Positions 17,084 to 25,685 of a stretch of DNA of 64,000 bases are shown here, one piece after another. The stretch's first letter is position 1. The number at the start of each line of letters is the position of its first letter. The notes below the pieces were generated by a model. It was given only the letters and a program-made list of their open reading frames with translations. It was not told the DNA's origin and did not search any database. The stretch comes from Chloroflexota bacterium (GTDB lineage Bacteria > Chloroflexota > UBA11872 > UBA12225 > JAJDUF01). The position numbers were made by a program, and so were the translations under genes. Location: positions 221,692 to 285,691 of the forward strand of contig DAOUJP010000025.1 in NCBI GenBank assembly GCA_034422515.1. The letters are read 5' to 3'.

Positions 17084-17169
17084 CATAGGTAGGGCGTCAC
17101 GCTTGGACCTGGTGTTCAGGTCAACGGCGGCGTGGCACCCGTAAGTACTTCAATGAGGAGGTACTGTCA

Positions 17170-18546
17170 ATGGCAGACGTGCGTCGCAGCGCAGCGGTTT
17201 CCCCATACCCATCGCCCGGCTACCTGGTCACACCCACTACGGTCCCCAGCGGATGGGACCTCCCGAACGGCGTACCGCCCACACCCGCCGCCCCTTCCGA
17301 CGAGGGGCTGAACGCCTGGGACATTGCCCGGCAGCAATTCGATCTCGCCGCCGACCGTCTGGGCCTCGGCGCCGACGAGCGCGCGGTGCTCCGCAACTGC
17401 AAGCGTGAGTTCACCGTAAATTTCCCGGTGCAGTTGGACGATGGCTCCGTCCGCTCCTTCACCGGCTACCGCGTTCAGCACAACCTGGCCCGCGGTCCCG
17501 GCAAGGGCGGCATCCGCTACCACCCCCAAGCCGACCTCGACGAGGTCCGCGCCCTCGCCATGTGGATGACGTGGAAATGCGCCGTCGTGAACATTCCTTT
17601 CGGCGGCGCCAAAGGCGGCGTGGCCGTGGACCCGAGGGAGCTATCGCCAACGGAGCTTGAGAAGCTGACCCGGCGTTACACCCTGGAAATCGAGCCGTTG
17701 ATCGGTCCGCACAGCGACATTCCGGCACCCGACGTGAACACGGACCCGCAGGTCATGGCCTGGATGATGGACACCTACAGTATGCACAAGGGCTACACCG
17801 CCACCGCGGTCGTGACAGGCAAGCCCGTGAGTATCGGCGGCTCGGAAGGTCGCAACGAAGCGACCGGCCGCGGGTGTGTCTTCACCATCCAGCAAGCCGC
17901 CAAGCGCCTCGGCCTCGACCTCGCCGGGAGTACGGTGGCCGTGCAGGGATTCGGCAACGTCGGCGCCACCGCTGCCTGCCTACTCCACGATCTCGGCTGC
18001 CGCATCGTCGCGGTGAGCGACGCCGAGGGCGGCATCGCCGATAGGCGCGGTCTCGACCCGCACCGGCTCTTGCGCCATCGGGAGGAAACCGGGTCCGTCG
18101 TCGGCTTTGGCGATGCAACCGCGATCAGCAGTGCCGATCCGCTGACGTTCGAGTGCGACATCCTCGTTCCGGCGGCGCTGGAAAACCAGCTCACCGCTGC
18201 GGTTGCCGAGCAGGTCCGGGCCAAGATCGTCGCCGAGGCGGCGAACGGGCCGACGACCCCGGAGGCCGATGCCATCCTCCGCGACCGGGGGATATTCGTA
18301 ATCCCGGATATCCTCTGCAACGCCGGTGGCGTCACGGTGTCGTACTTCGAGTGGGTCCAGGACCTCCAGCACTTCTTCTGGGACGAAGCGGAGATCAACC
18401 GGCAGCTGCACCGCATTATGGTCCGCAGCTTCGATCAGGTCTATCGGATGTCCCAGGAGCACGACGTTGACCTCCGCCAGGGCGCGCAGATGCTTGCCAT
18501 CTCGCGGGTTGCGGAAGCCACCCGCCTGCGCGGACTGTATCCTTAG
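17170..18546 (+). CDS. gdhA: Glu/Leu/Phe/Val dehydrogenase (NAD(P)-glutamate dehydrogenase)
   Basis: GGAKGGVAVDP catalytic Lys-Gly motif and GFGNVG Rossmann motif. Confidence 0.95.
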   Translation: MADVRRSAAVSPYPSPGYLVTPTTVPSGWDLPNGVPPTPAAPSDEGLNAWDIARQQFDLAADRLGLGADERAVLRNCKREFTVNFPVQLDDGSVRSFTGYRVQHNLARGPGKGGIRYHPQADLDEVRALAMWMTWKCAVVNIPFGGAKGGVAVDPRELSPTELEKLTRRYTLEIEPLIGPHSDIPAPDVNTDPQVMAWMMDTYSMHKGYTATAVVTGKPVSIGGSEGRNEATGRGCVFTIQQAAKRLGLDLAGSTVAVQGFGNVGATAACLLHDLGCRIVAVSDAEGGIADRRGLDPHRLLRHREETGSVVGFGDATAISSADPLTFECDILVPAALENQLTAAVAEQVRAKIVAEAANGPTTPEADAILRDRGIFVIPDILCNAGGVTVSYFEWVQDLQHFFWDEAEINRQLHRIMVRSFDQVYRMSQEHDVDLRQGAQMLAISRVAEATRLRGLYP

Positions 18547-18651
18547 TCCCGCACTGGCTCCCGGAGCAACGCCACACGGAGCGCCTAGTCGGCCGCACCG
18601 CTCATGCTGACCATCTTGCATCATGAGCGAGTGTGAGCGGCCCCTACTTTC

Positions 18652-18713
18652 GTCATTCCGGCGGAAGCCGGAATCCATGTCCCCCGGCAGAGCGGGGGGA
18701 CCATAGGGGGGCG
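18652..18713 (+). repeat. composite repeat A (18652-18676, GNRA loop GGAA) + B (18679-18713)
   Basis: gtcattccggcggaagccggaatccatgtcccccggcagagcggggggaccataggggggcg. Confidence 0.85.
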
Positions 18714-18782
18714 TCGTTCCTGCTTGCACGGCAATGACCGGGAAACGCCAACGGAGCCATAGGAAACGAGGGAGGTCCCAGC

Positions 18783-19697
18783 GTGATAAAGGTCTGCTAT
18801 GCCTACCGTCGCAGCGTCTTCCATCCCTACCAAGGCGGGGAATTCCCGCCAGCGAGCGAGGCGGCTCTGATCCGGTCCTACCTGGCCAAGGTCAAAGCCA
18901 TCGGCTTTGATGGCATCGAGCTACCGGCGGCCCTCGCCGAGAGCTACACTACCGCCCAGCGCGAGGACTTACGGCGGGTGCTGCGTGCCCTGGACCTGCC
19001 CTGCGCGGCCGTGCGCGGCGGCGGCGGTATGCACGATCCCCGCGTCGCGGCGGCGAACCGGCAGCGGCTGGAGAACGCGGTGCGCTTTACCGCCGAGATC
19101 GGGGCCGACGTGCTCAACGCCACGGTCACGACGCCGCCACGCGATCCGGGCGGACCGGGCAGTTTCGTCGGCGACCCGATCTCGCAAGGCTCCAGCCGCC
19201 AGGCCAGCGCCAGCGATTTCGAGCGAACGGCCGATGGGCTGCGCGAGGTTGCCGATCTCGCTGCGGACGAGGGCGTCCGCATCTCCATCGAAGTCCACCA
19301 GCACTCGATAGCCGACTGTAGCTGGGCGACGCTCCACTTACTGGACTTAGTTGACCGTCCCAACGTCGGGGCCAACCCCGATCTGGGCAACGTCTACTGG
19401 GTCTACGACACCCCGCAGGAGAGCATCGAGGCGGCCATCGTCGCGCTCGCCCCGCGAGCCATGTATATGCACTGCAAGAACCTGGTCCGCGTGCATATCC
19501 CGGAGCTGCGGCATAGCATCTTCCTGCGCGTGCCCCTGCCCGACGGCGATATTGACTACCGCTTTGCCTTCACCGCCATGCACGACGCCGGCTTTGACGG
19601 CTATTTGGCCGTCGAAGGCGCCCGGGACGGCGACCAGCTCACCAGCGATGCCCGCAGCCTGAACTACGTGCGCGAACTGCTGGCCGAGTTAGAGTAG
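18783..19697 (+). CDS. sugar phosphate isomerase/epimerase (xylose isomerase-like TIM barrel)
   Basis: GTG start with GAGGGAGG RBS. AP-endonuclease-2 type TIM barrel residues (...FDGIEL..., HxH, E...D). Confidence 0.8.
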   Translation: MIKVCYAYRRSVFHPYQGGEFPPASEAALIRSYLAKVKAIGFDGIELPAALAESYTTAQREDLRRVLRALDLPCAAVRGGGGMHDPRVAAANRQRLENAVRFTAEIGADVLNATVTTPPRDPGGPGSFVGDPISQGSSRQASASDFERTADGLREVADLAADEGVRISIEVHQHSIADCSWATLHLLDLVDRPNVGANPDLGNVYWVYDTPQESIEAAIVALAPRAMYMHCKNLVRVHIPELRHSIFLRVPLPDGDIDYRFAFTAMHDAGFDGYLAVEGARDGDQLTSDARSLNYVRELLAELE

Positions 19698-19769
19698 ACC
19701 AGCCGCGCGTCCGCTACAATGCCGAGCAACCGGCAGCATAGCCAGCACAGCCGCACCGGAGGGATCGCC

Positions 19770-20645
19770 GTGAGCACCGCACCTGTGCCGGACCACGATC
19801 CGGTAAGCAATCAGCACGAGCCATTTGCGCTAGGCATCATCACCCGCCTGCAAGACGACGCCGATGCCGCCATCCGGCGCGTGGCCGCGTTCGACTTGCC
19901 GACCTGTCAGCTCACCACCGACGACCCGGCACTGTATACACCCGCCATGGCCGATCAGGTGCGGGCCGCCGCCGAGCAGCATCAAGTCACCGTCACCACC
20001 CATTGGGCACATGCGCCCGGCCGCAGGGTGTGGAACTTCTACGAGGGGCCGTTGACGCTGGGATTGGTCCCGCCGGAGACCCGCGCGGATCGTCTGGCCG
20101 CGCTCCAGCAGGCGGCGGCCTTTGCCGAATGGATCGGCGCGCCGTCGCTCACCGGGCACATGGGCTTCATCCCGGAGGACCCGAACGATCCGCGCTATCC
20201 GGGCACGGTAGACGCGCTCACGCGGCTCGCGCACACCTGCGCGGAGCACGGTATCGAGCTATGGTTCGAGACCGGCCAGGAAACCCCGACGACGCTGCTC
20301 CGCACCTTCGACGACATCGGCACCGACAACCTCGGCATCAATCTCGATCCGGCCAATCTGCTCCTCTACGGCCGGGCAAACCCGCTCGACGCGGTTGACC
20401 AACTCGGCACGCTCATCAAGGGGGTCCACGCCAAAGATGGCGAATACCCCACGACGGGCCGGGCACTCGGCCACGAGCAGCCCTTGGGCAAAGGCCGGGT
20501 CAACTTCCCGGTGCTGATCGCCAAGCTCCAGGCGCTGGACTACCAGGGCGCCGTCACCATCGAGCGCGAAATCAGCGGTCCACAGCAAGCCGCCGACATC
20601 CGCGCAGCCATCGCGCTACTGAATTCGCTGATCGGTGAACGGTAG
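19770..20645 (+). CDS. sugar phosphate isomerase/epimerase (xylose isomerase-like TIM barrel), paralog of previous
   Basis: GTG 19770 with GGAGGG RBS, giving an N-terminus consistent with the family. The longer ATG 19719 start is an alternative. Confidence 0.8.
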   Translation: MSTAPVPDHDPVSNQHEPFALGIITRLQDDADAAIRRVAAFDLPTCQLTTDDPALYTPAMADQVRAAAEQHQVTVTTHWAHAPGRRVWNFYEGPLTLGLVPPETRADRLAALQQAAAFAEWIGAPSLTGHMGFIPEDPNDPRYPGTVDALTRLAHTCAEHGIELWFETGQETPTTLLRTFDDIGTDNLGINLDPANLLLYGRANPLDAVDQLGTLIKGVHAKDGEYPTTGRALGHEQPLGKGRVNFPVLIAKLQALDYQGAVTIEREISGPQQAADIRAAIALLNSLIGER

Positions 20646-21897
20646 CTATCAGCGATCAGCGATCAGCCAAGGGTTGCCGAGCGTGACCGCCTCCGTCGTC
20701 CAGATAGACCTCATCGTTTTTGTCGGCCAGCCAGGCCCTTCTCCAGTGGAGCGGGCCGTCGCCGGCATCCGACAGGCCGCCGTGCTCGACCTGGTAGCCC
20801 TGGCGCAAGCCTGCGACCGGATCGGACGGATTGTGGCGGTGGTAGCCGACGACACCATTGCCGACCGCCTGCTCGCCGCAGGCCGTGAGTCACCGGCCAC
20901 TCCGCCGGTACACGTTGACCTGGACGCGGCGGCCGAGCCGTTTCACTTCGGCCGGCGACTAGCCAGCGTCATCGAGCGTTTCTCCGTCCGGCACGCGCTC
21001 TACTTCGGCGCCGGCGCCGCGCCCCTACTCTCCGCGCACACGCTGACGCGCCTGTGCGACACGCTGCTCGCGCAGAAGGCCACTGCATCAGGGACCGGCG
21101 CCGGCGTGGTGAGCGCCAACAACTTCTGGTCCGCCGACTTTCTCGGCTGGACCCCGGCCTCGGCCATCCGCCACATTGATCTCCCTGCCCGCCGCGATAA
21201 CCAACTGGCCGTCCTGTTGCAGCGGCAGGCTGGCTTGACCCGCGAGGACATTCCGCCGTCCGTCGGCTCACGCTTCGACATTGACACGCCGGCGGACGTT
21301 GCCATTCTGAATCTGCATCACGGCACCTACCCGCACACGCGAGCCGCCCTGCAAGCGATCCCCTGGGGACAAGCAGGCTGGCCGGATCAGCACCTTGCGG
21401 CATTCATGCCGCCGCTGGTCAGCCCCGGCGCCGAGGTCTGCCTGGCCGGTCGTGTGAGTAACAGCGTCTTTGGCGGGCTGCGCCAGGACCTCGCCTGCCG
21501 GCTCCGCATCTATGCCGAGGAGCGCGGGATGCAGGCGTCCGGACGTGACCGCCGGGGGGAGGTGCGCTCGCTACTGGGCATTCTCCTGGAGCAGGTCGGC
21601 GCCCAGCGGTTCTTCGCGGCGCTCGCGGACCTCGGATCGGACGCGGTGCTCCTGGATACGCGCCCCATCTTCCGACACATGGGCTGGGACGTAGCCACGG
21701 CCGACCGCTTCTATTCCGACTTGGGCTGCGTCGAACGGATAGGTCACGCGGAGGTGCGCTCGTTCACCGCCGCCGCACGCGCCGCACCGGTGCCGGTCGC
21801 CCTCGGCGGACAGTCACTCGTCGGCGGCGGGCTGTGGGCACTCACGGAGGCCGCGTGGGAGCACGCCGACGCCGGGCTATTGCCGCCGGTCGGCTGA
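20635..21897 (+). CDS. conserved hypothetical protein
   Basis: 420-aa coding-like ORF whose GTG start overlaps the upstream stop. No family assignable by eye. Confidence 0.5.
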   Translation: MNGSYQRSAISQGLPSVTASVVQIDLIVFVGQPGPSPVERAVAGIRQAAVLDLVALAQACDRIGRIVAVVADDTIADRLLAAGRESPATPPVHVDLDAAAEPFHFGRRLASVIERFSVRHALYFGAGAAPLLSAHTLTRLCDTLLAQKATASGTGAGVVSANNFWSADFLGWTPASAIRHIDLPARRDNQLAVLLQRQAGLTREDIPPSVGSRFDIDTPADVAILNLHHGTYPHTRAALQAIPWGQAGWPDQHLAAFMPPLVSPGAEVCLAGRVSNSVFGGLRQDLACRLRIYAEERGMQASGRDRRGEVRSLLGILLEQVGAQRFFAALADLGSDAVLLDTRPIFRHMGWDVATADRFYSDLGCVERIGHAEVRSFTAAARAAPVPVALGGQSLVGGGLWALTEAAWEHADAGLLPPVG

Positions 21898-22317
21898 CGG
21901 CTCGCCGGCTTCCGGCTCCGCGTCTGCCGCTTGCGCCGCCTTGGCGCGCTCGGACTCCTCGGCTTCCAGCGCGGCGAGCTTATCGAACTGCCGCGTGCGG
22001 CGCAGATACGCCCAGCGCTTGTTCCGCGCCACTTGGGCCTGCGTCGCCACGTAGTCTTCGTCCTTGGGCGGCCGCATCCGGTCGAGCAGCGCCTGTGCGT
22101 CGTCCTCCCCGGAGAGGAGCCGGTCCGACCACTGCATCACGCGCCGGGTAACCAAGACCGCGATGCCAAAGGCCACGAACGCCGCTATGACGGAGCCGCG
22201 CCCGCCCAACAGTTCATCCAGGACACCCGGACCCATCAGGAAGATGACAATTATCGCGCCGTACATAATGAGAAACGCAACGAAAACCAACCCCAGCGCG
22301 AACATAGTACGTAACAT
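21877..22317 (-). CDS. hypothetical membrane protein
   Basis: Two N-terminal TM helices and a charged C-terminal tail. Convergent with the previous gene. Confidence 0.55.
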   Translation of the reverse strand: MLRTMFALGLVFVAFLIMYGAIIVIFLMGPGVLDELLGGRGSVIAAFVAFGIAVLVTRRVMQWSDRLLSGEDDAQALLDRMRPPKDEDYVATQAQVARNKRWAYLRRTRQFDKLAALEAEESERAKAAQAADAEPEAGEPSADRRQ

Positions 22318-22429
22318 GCCCCGTTACTCCTCGCGGCAGACAATAACGCTGCCGTCTACCCTCAAGTATAGACCCTGGCCCGGCCGCCCGAATTCTATCC
22401 GCGTCAGCCCATCCACCGCGGCACACCAC

Positions 22430-22463
22430 GTCCCCCCGCCGTGCGGGGGGACCATAGGGGGGC
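22430..22463 (+). repeat. module B hairpin repeat copy
   Basis: gtccccccgccgtgcggggggaccataggggggcg. Confidence 0.85.
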
Positions 22464-22496
22464 GAGTGCGCCACCGGCGTGTGGTATGGTGCAGCG

Positions 22497-23612
22497 ATGG
22501 CTAGTACGTTTGGCGTGCTGTTCCGGGTGACGACCTGGGGGGAGTCGCATGGCGGGGGCGTAGGCGTCGTCGTGGACGGCTGCCCCCCTCGGATCGCGCT
22601 CGACGCTGCCACCATTCAGCACGAGTTGGACCGCCGCCGCCCCGGACAGAGCCGCATCACCACCCAGCGCAAAGAAGAGGACCAAGTCGAAATCATCTCC
22701 GGCGTGTTCGAGGGACACACCCTCGGCACGCCCATCTCGCTGATGGTGAAGAACAAGGACGCCCGGCCGAAAGACTACGCGGAAGTCCGCGTCAAGTATC
22801 GCCCCTCCCACGCCGACTACACCTACCAGGCCAAGTACGGCATCCGCGACTGGATGGGTGGCGGCCGGGCCTCGGCGCGCGAAACCGTCGGCCGGGTCGC
22901 AGCCGGCGCGATTGCGAAACGCATTCTGCGCGAGGCCGGCGGCATAGACATCGTTGCCTACGTCAAGCAAGTCCATGACCTCGTTGCCGACGTGGACCCG
23001 GGCGCCGTCACGCTCGACGACGTGGAGGCCAACATCGCCCGCTGCCCGGACGCCGCCTGCGCCGAGCGCATGATCGAGCGCATTGACGCGGCCCGCAAGG
23101 CTGGCGACTCGCTCGGCGGCGTGGTCGAGTGTGTCGCCCGGAACGTACCGGTCGGCCTGGGTGAGCCGGTGTTCGACAAGCTCGAAGCCGATCTGGCCAA
23201 GGCGATGCTCTCGTTGCCGGCCGCCAAAGGCTTCGAGATCGGCTCCGGGTTCGCTGGCATCCTCATGACCGGCTCGACCCACAACGACCCCTTCTACAGT
23301 GACGCCGGCGCCATCCGCACCCGCACGAACTACTCCGGTGGCATCCAGGGTGGCATCTCGAACGGCGAGCCGATCATCTTTCGCGTGGCCTTCAAGCCGA
23401 CGGCCACCATCCTCAAAGAGCAGGAAACGGTAGACGTGGAGGGCCGGCCCACCACCCTCCGCGGGCGCGGGCGGCACGACCCCTGCGTCCTGCCGCGCGC
23501 CGTCCCAATGGTCGAGGCCATGGCCGCGCTCACCCTCGCCGACCATTGGCTCCGCCAGCAAGCCATGCAGAGCTATCCCGCGCCGTCCCCCTGCGAAGCG
23601 GGGGGACCATAG
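22497..23612 (+). CDS. aroC: chorismate synthase
   Basis: N-terminus [27 protein letters not shown] and internal [16 protein letters not shown] match AroC. The 3' end reads into a B repeat (23585-23618). Confidence 0.9.
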   Translation: MASTFGVLFRVTTWGESHGGGVGVVVDGCPPRIALDAATIQHELDRRRPGQSRITTQRKEEDQVEIISGVFEGHTLGTPISLMVKNKDARPKDYAEVRVKYRPSHADYTYQAKYGIRDWMGGGRASARETVGRVAAGAIAKRILREAGGIDIVAYVKQVHDLVADVDPGAVTLDDVEANIARCPDAACAERMIERIDAARKAGDSLGGVVECVARNVPVGLGEPVFDKLEADLAKAMLSLPAAKGFEIGSGFAGILMTGSTHNDPFYSDAGAIRTRTNYSGGIQGGISNGEPIIFRVAFKPTATILKEQETVDVEGRPTTLRGRGRHDPCVLPRAVPMVEAMAALTLADHWLRQQAMQSYPAPSPCEAGGP

Positions 23613-23618
23613 GGGGGC
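23585..23618 (+). repeat. module B hairpin repeat copy (overlaps aroC 3' end)
   Basis: gtccccctgcgaagcggggggaccataggggggcc. Confidence 0.85.
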
Positions 23619-23636
23619 CTGCCAAAGGACCGCGCG

Positions 23637-24539
23637 ATGATCGTTGACGTACACACCCACGCCCCGCGTCGGCGAACGGCGGCAACTGCGGCAGCCACAC
23701 CGAGTTCCGACCGCGCGCCCATGCGCCCGGACCGCCCTGACCCGGCCGGCGTGACCTGGGACGACTACCTAGCCGCGATGGCCGTCGTGGATCGAGCTAT
23801 CGTCTTCAACATCGCGTCACCGCCGCCCGGCGATCCGGACCCGCTGAGTGCCCACCTCACCGGCTCCGTGTTCGAGGCGCCGGCCCGTGCGGTGAATGAC
23901 AACACCGCCGCCCTAGTGCGCGCCTATCCCGACAAGCTGATCGGCTTTCTGTCGGTGCATCCGCGCGACCCGGCCATGGACGACGAGTTGGACCGCGCAA
24001 CCGGCGATCTCGGGCTACGCGGCATCAAGCTCGGACCAAACTACCAGAACTTCGATCCTCTCAGCGACGAGGCGTTCCGGCTCTACGCCCGCGCGCAGGA
24101 GTTGCGACTGCCGATCCTGTTCCACCAGGGCACCTCGCCGGTCCGTTTCGCCGATCTCGACTACGCCCACCCGCGGCACATTGATCGCGTCGCCATGCAC
24201 TTCCCGGAGCTACGGATCGTGATGGCGCACATGGGTCATCCCTGGCAGACCGATTGCATCACAGTAATCCGCAAGCACCCGCACGTCTACGCCGACATCT
24301 CGGCCCAGCACTACCGCCCTTGGTCCTACTACACCTGTATGCGGTTGGCGACCGAATGGGCAGTCCTGCCGAAACTGCTATTCGGCTCCGACTTCCCGGT
24401 AGCAACGCCCCAGGAGACGATAGACGCCATCCCCCACGTCAACGACATCCTCGCCGGCACCGCCCTCCCCCGCGTGCCCACCGATGAGCTTCAGGCAGTC
24501 GTCGAACGGGACTCCCTGGCCTGCCTCGGCCTCGACTAG
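23637..24539 (+). CDS. amidohydrolase-2 family metal-dependent hydrolase (TIM barrel)
   Basis: N-terminal metal ligand pair HTH (MIVDVHTHAP), and later HQGT, MAHMGHPW and GSDFP, typical of pfam04909. Confidence 0.85.
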   Translation: MIVDVHTHAPRRRTAATAAATPSSDRAPMRPDRPDPAGVTWDDYLAAMAVVDRAIVFNIASPPPGDPDPLSAHLTGSVFEAPARAVNDNTAALVRAYPDKLIGFLSVHPRDPAMDDELDRATGDLGLRGIKLGPNYQNFDPLSDEAFRLYARAQELRLPILFHQGTSPVRFADLDYAHPRHIDRVAMHFPELRIVMAHMGHPWQTDCITVIRKHPHVYADISAQHYRPWSYYTCMRLATEWAVLPKLLFGSDFPVATPQETIDAIPHVNDILAGTALPRVPTDELQAVVERDSLACLGLD

Positions 24540-24567
24540 GGCACCCTGGCCGCTCTCCCGCCGCCCC

Positions 24568-24768
24568 GTCATTGCGGCTTCCGCCGCAATCCAACCCCTT
24601 CCCTGGAGGGAAGGGGTTGGGGGTAGGTCCGCGCCCCCTCTCTATCGCTCCGCGATGGAGAGGGGGCCGGGGGTGAGGCCCGCCCCACCCCGTCAGTCCC
24701 ACTGCTATACTGGTCCGCGCTTCCTAGGTACCCCCCTACCGCGGTCATTCTCGCGAAAGCGGGAATCC
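24568..24768 (+). repeat. repeat cluster: A (24568-24592), C (24596-24630), C-variant (24637-24683), A (24744-24768, GNRA loop GAAA)
   Basis: gtcattgcggcttccgccgcaatcc / cccttccctggagggaaggggttgggggtaggtcc / gtcattctcgcgaaagcgggaatcc. Confidence 0.8.
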
Positions 24769-24792
24769 GGAGCGCCGAGCAGGAGCGTCGTT

Positions 24793-25587
24793 GTGAGCAG
24801 CACGATTGACGAGCACATCACGCGCAACCTCTTCGACCTCTCCGGGCGGTCCGCCATCGTGACGGGCGCGGCCTCCGGGCTAGGCGAAGCCATTGCCGGC
24901 GGGCTGGCCGTGTTCGGCGCCGACGTGGCGCTCGCCGATGTCAATGAGCCAGGGCTGGCAGAGGTAGCCGCGGCCATCCGCAGCGGCGGACGACAAGCCT
25001 TGCCCGTCACCTGCGACGTGCGCGTCCGCGACCAAGTGCAGTCGCTCGTTGACCGGACGCTGGACACCTTTGGTCGCGTGGATATTCTCGTCAACGCGGC
25101 CGGTATCGCGCGCCGCGCGCCGGCCGTAGAACTAACCGACGCAGAGTGGGACGAGGTAGTAGCGATTGACCTGACCGGCGCCTTCCTCTGCGCCCAGATA
25201 GTCGGGCGGGCCATGATCGCGCAGGGACAAGGTGGGCGCATCATCAACATCGCCTCCATCGGCGCGCACGTCGGCGTGACCAGCGGCAACGCCAACTACT
25301 CGGCGGCCAAAGGCGGCCTGGTCGCCATGTCGAAGTGCCTTGCGCTCGAATGGGCGCCGCACAACATCCTGGTCAACTGCATCTCACCCACGCACTTCAA
25401 CACGCCGCTCATCCAGCGCAACATGCAGAATCCCGAGGTCCGGGCCTACTACCTGTCGAACATCCCGCTTGGCCGGCTCGGCGAGCCGCCCGAGATCGTT
25501 GGCCCGGTCGTGTTCCTGGCCTCCGACGCCGCCAGCATGGTCACTGGCGCCACCCTCGTCGTTGACGGCGGACACATGGCCAAGTAG
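24793..25587 (+). CDS. SDR family NAD(P)-dependent oxidoreductase
   Basis: AGGAG RBS then GTG. TGAASGLG Rossmann motif, NAAG and the catalytic YSAAK. Confidence 0.9.
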   Translation: MSSTIDEHITRNLFDLSGRSAIVTGAASGLGEAIAGGLAVFGADVALADVNEPGLAEVAAAIRSGGRQALPVTCDVRVRDQVQSLVDRTLDTFGRVDILVNAAGIARRAPAVELTDAEWDEVVAIDLTGAFLCAQIVGRAMIAQGQGGRIINIASIGAHVGVTSGNANYSAAKGGLVAMSKCLALEWAPHNILVNCISPTHFNTPLIQRNMQNPEVRAYYLSNIPLGRLGEPPEIVGPVVFLASDAASMVTGATLVVDGGHMAK

Positions 25588-25628
25588 CTTGCCCCCCTCT
25601 CCCCATCGCAACAGGGGAGGAATGAGCC

Positions 25629-25663
25629 GTCCCCCCGCCGCAACGGGGGGACCATAGGGGGGC
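25629..25663 (+). repeat. module B hairpin repeat copy
   Basis: gtccccccgccgcaacggggggaccataggggggcg. Confidence 0.85.
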
Positions 25664-25685
25664 GTGGAATAATCAAGAAAAGGAC

